From an uncultured virus (IMG/VR IMGVR_UViG_3300027806_000040) (Duplodnaviria; Heunggongvirae; Uroviricota; Caudoviricetes), in the IMG/VR virus record IMGVR_UViG_3300027806_000040: DNA of 20,000 nt, one strand, 5' to 3'. The position numbers were made by a program, and so were the translations under genes. The notes beneath the pieces are model-generated. The model worked only from the letters and a program-made list of their open reading frames with translations. It did not search any database and had not been told where the DNA came from. Positions 15,491-20,000 of this stretch are shown here, piece by piece (position 1 is the stretch's first letter; every line of letters begins with the position of its first letter).

Positions 15491-17088
15491 GCAGCCGAGG
15501 CCAAAAGAATCTGCAGGCGGCATTCGGCGACATGCGGGCCGATTACGACTTCATGAAAGAGTCGCGGTTTATCCGTCGCCGGACAGGTCTCGCGTCCGGC
15601 GGTGCTGCTGCGGATTACCATATCCGGTCTGAGGAAGACTACTACAAGGGCATCGAAAAGGCCCGCGATGTTATCCGAAACGACATGGTTGTCGGGCAGG
15701 CTCTGAATCGCCGCTGCGAAAACATCATTCAAGACGGGTTTTCGATTCACCCGCGAACGGGCGACAGCGGGCTGGACCTCGCGCTCTGGACTCTTTGGGA
15801 CGAATGGTCCAAGACTCCCGAGGCGGTCGACGTTTCCGGCGAACTGACCTGGAACGAAATTGAGCTCGCCGTGACTCGGGCGGTGCATGTCGATGGCGAC
15901 ATTCTGGCTGCTGGGCTGGAAGACGGCCAACTGCAGCTGCACGAAGCCCACACCATCAAGAAAAAGCGGAAGTCTAAGAACGTCCACCTTGGCGTGGAGA
16001 TTGACGAAGCCCGCCGCCGCAAACAATTCTGGATCTCCAAAGACCCAATCGACGCCCAGAAAACCAACAGCTCAGCCGAAACATCGGTCCCGCTGAAGGT
16101 CATGATGGGCGATACGCGGGTACTCTTTCACATCTACAACGGCGACAAGCGAATCAGCCAGACTCGCGGAATCAGCGAGCTGTCGCGAATCTTCGCTCTG
16201 GCCGGCATGGTTGACGACATCAATTTTGCCAAGATGCTGCAGCAGCAGATCGCCAGCTGCTTCGCGGTGATTCGCGAGCAGGCGGCACTGAGTTCGCAGA
16301 ATGGGCAAGTTCTGCCCAGCGTCTCAGCTGGGGCCGGATTCGGCGAATCGACTACTCAGACGACCGTCACCGGCGAGGAACGGGCAATCCAAGGCATCCA
16401 GCCGGGGATGCTGTTCAAGAGCATGCCAGGCGAAAAGATTCGTCTCGATTCGCCTGCCGTGCCCAATCAGGAATTCTTCGCCCATATCCGGCTGCTGCTG
16501 CAGCTGCTGGGCGTCAATCTTGGCATTCCGCTTGTGATGATGCTGCTCGATGGCAGCGAGACCAATTTCTCAGGATTCCGCGGTGCGATGGACGAAGCCC
16601 GCCGCGGGTTCAAGGCATTCCAGCGGCACCTGATCAACCGCTTTCACACACCGATCTGGCGGTGGAAGGTCAAGCAGTGGATTGAAGGCAACGAAGGCGG
16701 CATCGCGAAATACGCTGACAGGCGGAAAGTCAGAATCTTTGACCATGAGTGGAATCCGCCTAACTGGCCGTATCTTGAGCCACTGACAGACGCGAGCGGC
16801 GATCTGCTTCGACTTCGCAATCACCTGACCAGCCCTCGCCGGCTGCACGCCGAGAAGTCTCGGGACTATGAGACCGTGATCGACGAAGTGACTGAGGACA
16901 ACGGCTACGCAATCGAGGCCGCGATTCTCAAGGCTCAGGAACTGAACGACCGCTACCCAGACGCAAAGCTGACGTGGCGCGACGTGCTGCAGCTGCCGAC
17001 GCCGGAAGGAGTCCAAATCTCCATTCCGGTGGCCAATCCGAACCAGCCGCAGCCGACGCCAAACACTCAACCAAGGCCAGCCCAGTGA
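15487..17088 (+). CDS. Phage portal protein, lambda family
   Basis: 533 aa with ARDVIRND, VDGDIL, GVEIDE, QTRGIS, DGSETNFSGFR and WPYLEP motifs. It lies between terminase and protease. Confidence 0.92.
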   Translation: MSSRGQKNLQAAFGDMRADYDFMKESRFIRRRTGLASGGAAADYHIRSEEDYYKGIEKARDVIRNDMVVGQALNRRCENIIQDGFSIHPRTGDSGLDLALWTLWDEWSKTPEAVDVSGELTWNEIELAVTRAVHVDGDILAAGLEDGQLQLHEAHTIKKKRKSKNVHLGVEIDEARRRKQFWISKDPIDAQKTNSSAETSVPLKVMMGDTRVLFHIYNGDKRISQTRGISELSRIFALAGMVDDINFAKMLQQQIASCFAVIREQAALSSQNGQVLPSVSAGAGFGESTTQTTVTGEERAIQGIQPGMLFKSMPGEKIRLDSPAVPNQEFFAHIRLLLQLLGVNLGIPLVMMLLDGSETNFSGFRGAMDEARRGFKAFQRHLINRFHTPIWRWKVKQWIEGNEGGIAKYADRRKVRIFDHEWNPPNWPYLEPLTDASGDLLRLRNHLTSPRRLHAEKSRDYETVIDEVTEDNGYAIEAAILKAQELNDRYPDAKLTWRDVLQLPTPEGVQISIPVANPNQPQPTPNTQPRPAQ

Positions 17089-18515
17089 CGACCCCAAACG
17101 ACAACCTGACCGCCACCGAACTGGCCCAGCTGGATGTTTCCATCCCGGCTGGCCAGACCGTGCCGTATGTCGAGCAGTACCTGGGCGTCTGGGCAATGCG
17201 TGAGCAGGAATTGGCAATCCATGCCGATCTGTTTCGCGGTCTGGATATCGCCCTGCATTTGAAGAGCCAAGGGCCAAGGATGGCCCGCGAATCGGCAGAC
17301 GCTTACACCTACGAGGTGAATCAAAGCGGGATCGCCACCCTGACGCTGGCTGGCCCGCTGATGAAGCAGTCGTCCAGCATGTCGGCCAATACCAGCACGG
17401 TAGAAGCTCGCCGGGCACTGCGGGCCGCGGTCGCTGACGATTTTGTCAAAGCGATCGTGCTGCGAATCGATTCGCCTGGCGGAACCGTCGCCGGCACCAA
17501 GGAGCTGGCAGACGACATTGCCAAGGCCGGCATGAAGAAACCAGTGATTGCCTACGTGGAAGACCTTGGAGCGAGTGCCGCTTACTGGATCGCCTCGCAG
17601 GCCCGCGAGGTTGTTGCCAACGCCACGGCTTTGGTGGGCTCGATTGGCACCTATGGAGTCGTACACGACATGAGCGGAGCCGCCGCCGCGAGCGGTGTCA
17701 AAGTTCATGTGGTCCGAGCCGGGAAATTCAAGGGAATGGGAGTTCCCGGCACGGAGGTTACGGCTGACCACCTGGCAGAGATGAGCCGAAATGTAAACGC
17801 GCTAAACTCATTTTTCCTGAACGCGGTGGCAGCCGGCCGAAAAATGTCGGACGAACAGGTCGCAGTTCTGGCCGATGGCCGGACCCATATCGCCAGCGAG
17901 GCGAAGCGACTTGGGTTGATTGATGAGGTCGAAGATTACGACGCGTTTCTCTCGCGCGTGACTGCCCAGTATGCCGGAAGTGGTTCCGGTGCAATGCGAA
18001 CAAACAAGCCGAGCGGTTTGGCGGTGCGTGGCACCGGGCCAGTCGGCGATTCAGTGGCAAGCGAACAAGGAGACAAACTCATGTCGCAAGAAGCCCAGGG
18101 GCCCAAGCCCGCAACAATCGCCGAAATCAAGGCGGCATGCGATGGTGCAAGCTCGGATTTTGTGTTGGCTCAGGTCGAAGCCGGAGCCACCCTCGAAGCG
18201 GCAATCAAGGCCCATGCCAAGGTGCTGAGCGAACAGCTGGCAGTTGCCCGGGCCGACGCGGCCAAGGCACTGGAAGAGGCCAGCAAGGCAAAGGCTTCGG
18301 CCGCTTCCGCAGTTCCAGCCGCCGCTGCCAAGACTGGCGTCAAGCCAATCGCCCAGGCGAGCGACGAATCAAGCCAGACTTCGGCCCGCGAAGAGTGGAC
18401 CGCGAAGGTGGAAGCCAAGGTCAACAAGGGCTATCCGCGAGACAAGGCTTGCAGCCAAGTGAATCGCGAGAATCCCGGTCTTCGCCAGCGGATGGTTGCC
18501 GAGCAAAACGCCTAG
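17085..18515 (+). CDS. S49-family prohead protease fused to a C-terminal scaffold region (lambda gpC-like)
   Basis: LRIDSPGGTVAG, ASAAYWIAS, GSIG and AGKFK motifs. The likely start is GTG 17085, overlapping the portal stop (GTGA). Confidence 0.88.
   Translation: MTTPNDNLTATELAQLDVSIPAGQTVPYVEQYLGVWAMREQELAIHADLFRGLDIALHLKSQGPRMARESADAYTYEVNQSGIATLTLAGPLMKQSSSMSANTSTVEARRALRAAVADDFVKAIVLRIDSPGGTVAGTKELADDIAKAGMKKPVIAYVEDLGASAAYWIASQAREVVANATALVGSIGTYGVVHDMSGAAAASGVKVHVVRAGKFKGMGVPGTEVTADHLAEMSRNVNALNSFFLNAVAAGRKMSDEQVAVLADGRTHIASEAKRLGLIDEVEDYDAFLSRVTAQYAGSGSGAMRTNKPSGLAVRGTGPVGDSVASEQGDKLMSQEAQGPKPATIAEIKAACDGASSDFVLAQVEAGATLEAAIKAHAKVLSEQLAVARADAAKALEEASKAKASAASAVPAAAAKTGVKPIAQASDESSQTSAREEWTAKVEAKVNKGYPRDKACSQVNRENPGLRQRMVAEQNA
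18081..18515 (+). CDS. Nested in-frame scaffolding protein (lambda Nu3-like), 144 aa
   Basis: AAGGAG precedes an in-frame ATG at 18081, located after a flexible linker. The product is Ala-rich and helical. Confidence 0.6.
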   Translation: MSQEAQGPKPATIAEIKAACDGASSDFVLAQVEAGATLEAAIKAHAKVLSEQLAVARADAAKALEEASKAKASAASAVPAAAAKTGVKPIAQASDESSQTSAREEWTAKVEAKVNKGYPRDKACSQVNRENPGLRQRMVAEQNA

Positions 18516-18574
18516 TTTTCCCGGCAAGTCCCGACAGTTTCTGAATCACAAAACATCAATTTGGAGTTTTTGTC

Positions 18575-19318
18575 ATGAGTCAATTTGTTGAAACGCCCTG
18601 CCGGCAGATGCAGGCCAACGCGACGCTTGGCCAGTTTCTGCGGGTCGCCATGCTCTCAACCGGTAAGGTGGCACTCGCTGCTGCTGGTCAGATGGGGATT
18701 GGAACGACCGAGAACCCGGCCACCGCGGCCGATCAGTTTATTGCCGTTCGGTTGAATACGGCCGAGGGCAGCCGCAAGGTGGTTGCCAACGGTGCGATCA
18801 GCGAGGGAGCTCTGGTTTACTGTGCCGCATCAGGCAAGGTCGGCTCCAGCGGGACCGTTGCCTATGGCGTGGCACTCGAAGCCGCGACCGCCGACAACGA
18901 CATCATCGAAGTCGTTCAGTTCAACTGTGATCCGGGCGCGGTTCGCTCGCTGCGAGTTCGCACCACCACTGCCAACGTCAACGCCGGTTCGACCCTGCTG
19001 CCAGCCATCGCTGGCCGCCGGTATCGGCTGGTTGATGCCAGCATGATCTCGATTGGCGGCAATGCCGGCGGCGCGACCGCCATCCGCATTACCGGAACGC
19101 AGTCGGCCAGTGCCGTGCAACTGGTGAGCAATACTGTCGCGGCGCTTACCCAAAGCACTCGCGTCCTTGCGGGCGTGACCGCCAACTCGTCGATTCTCGC
19201 CGACGGTGCCTCATTCACCGCCTGCGATACCAACACGGCGATCACGATCACCGCAAATGGAACGCTGACCGGCTCAACCAACATCGACGTGCTTTTGACC
19301 TACGTGATTGAAAGCTAA
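18575..19318 (+). CDS. Capsid cement or decoration protein (DUF2190-like) with an extra C-terminal domain
   Basis: The first ~115 aa show GAISEGALVY..ASGKV...GVALEAATADNDIIEV. It lies between protease and major capsid and has a GGAG ribosome-binding site. Confidence 0.65.
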   Translation: MSQFVETPCRQMQANATLGQFLRVAMLSTGKVALAAAGQMGIGTTENPATAADQFIAVRLNTAEGSRKVVANGAISEGALVYCAASGKVGSSGTVAYGVALEAATADNDIIEVVQFNCDPGAVRSLRVRTTTANVNAGSTLLPAIAGRRYRLVDASMISIGGNAGGATAIRITGTQSASAVQLVSNTVAALTQSTRVLAGVTANSSILADGASFTACDTNTAITITANGTLTGSTNIDVLLTYVIES

Positions 19319-19334
19319 GACCTGACCAATTTGT

Positions 19335-19374
19335 CCGTCGGGTGGCGGTGGCCACCAAAGCCCGGCGGTTTTTT
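19335..19374 (+). terminator. Terminator-like hairpin between the cement and major capsid genes
   Basis: CCGTCGGG(19335-19342)/CCCGGCGG(19361-19368) stem with inner GGTGGC/GCCACC complementarity, followed by six T. Confidence 0.5.
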
Positions 19375-19416
19375 CCTTACACCCTTGAAAACAAATTGGA
19401 GAATTGGACCTATGTC

Positions 19417-20000
19417 ATGCCCAGTCCCTCCAGTGCAGTCGTCGGTCGTAATGACCTTGGCGATTCCGTAATGGAATTTGACTTGGCAGCCAATGAGGGT
19501 GGTTTCATCGCCTCCCGAGTGCTGCCAATCTTCGACGCTCCCCGGGCGTCTGGCAACTTCGGGATCATCCCGATCGAACAACTGCTGCAGCAGCGAGACG
19601 TTACCCGGGCCCCGGGCAGCGGCTACAGCCGTGGCAACTTTACTTTCGAACCGGCCACCTACACCACCCAGGAGTACGGTGCCGAAGAGCCGGTGGACGA
19701 AAACGAGGCTCAAAACTACGCCGACTATTTCGACGCTGAAATGGTTGCCGCAGCTCGTGCCCGTTCGGCCCTGCTGGTTGCCCACGAAATGCGGGCGGCC
19801 GATTTGCTGTTCAACGCCACGACCTGGAACGGTGCCAGCCTCACGACTGGCATCACCAACGAGTGGGACGTGAACCACACTTCCAACGCGATTCCGATTG
19901 ACGACGTGGAAGGAGCGGTCAACAAGGTTTATGACGGCTCAGGCCTGTGGCCGAACGCCCTGATCATCAACCGCAAGGTTTTCCGCAACCTTCGCAACCT
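19417..20000 (+). CDS. Major capsid protein (HK97 fold, lambda gpE-like), truncated at the window end
   Basis: Absent from the track because it has no stop in the window. Manual translation from ATG 19417 stays open to the end: MPSPSSAVVGRNDLGDSVMEFDLAANEGGFIASRVLP...RAPGSGYSRG...EYGAEEPVD...PIDDVEGAVNKVYDGSGLWPNALIINRKVFRNLRN. Its position matches a capsid gene. Confidence 0.85.
   Translation, partial: MPSPSSAVVGRNDLGDSVMEFDLAANEGGFIASRVLPIFDAPRASGNFGIIPIEQLLQQRDVTRAPGSGYSRGNFTFEPATYTTQEYGAEEPVDENEAQNYADYFDAEMVAAARARSALLVAHEMRAADLLFNATTWNGASLTTGITNEWDVNHTSNAIPIDDVEGAVNKVYDGSGLWPNALIINRKVFRNLRN

Noticed and set aside
16974..17084. Upstream start of the protease ORF given in the track
   Set aside because: It overlaps the portal C-terminus by 115 nt. 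GTG 17085 gives a standard 4-nt overlap.
859..19925. Numerous minus-strand and alternate-frame ORFs (e.g. 12585..13466, 15373..16026, 16570..17418, 19315..19878, 19478..19873)
   Set aside because: They are shadows of well-supported + strand genes or translations of repeat regions, and they have no recognisable motifs.
1..20000. Alternative genetic code, tRNA genes, integrase, introns or inteins
   Set aside because: Genes are full length with all three stops used normally. I saw no tRNA cloverleaf, recombinase or intein motifs, and terL has an ordinary length.

Overview
This window is a segment of a tailed dsDNA phage or prophage (Caudoviricetes), and every credible gene is on the + strand. 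The left part (1-6300) is mostly lower in GC. It begins with the 3' part of a PD-(D/E)XK nuclease gene, followed by an ~880-bp noncoding region with a branched hairpin element, tandem repeats and a near-consensus sigma70 promoter. That promoter drives a higher-GC two-gene unit (a 75-aa protein and a divergent ParB-family protein with no ParA in view), closed by two terminators and a second repeat array. Four copies of a 28-bp quasi-palindrome, TTCACG-N6-GTAC-N6-CGTGAA, sit in two pairs on either side of this unit. Next come a probable small terminase and a possible non-canonical lysis cassette (amphipathic repeat protein, secreted Pro-linker protein, papain-like C1 cysteine peptidase, holin-like protein). 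The middle (6348-12613) holds fibre or receptor-binding-type genes. The right part (12618-20000) is GC-rich and holds a lambda-like head module: large terminase, gpW-position protein, portal, S49 protease with a nested scaffold start, DUF2190-like cement protein, and a truncated major capsid gene that the ORF track missed. The best candidate for a new system is the orphan ParB with its split parS-like sites. All family calls come from motifs read by eye, not from database searches.
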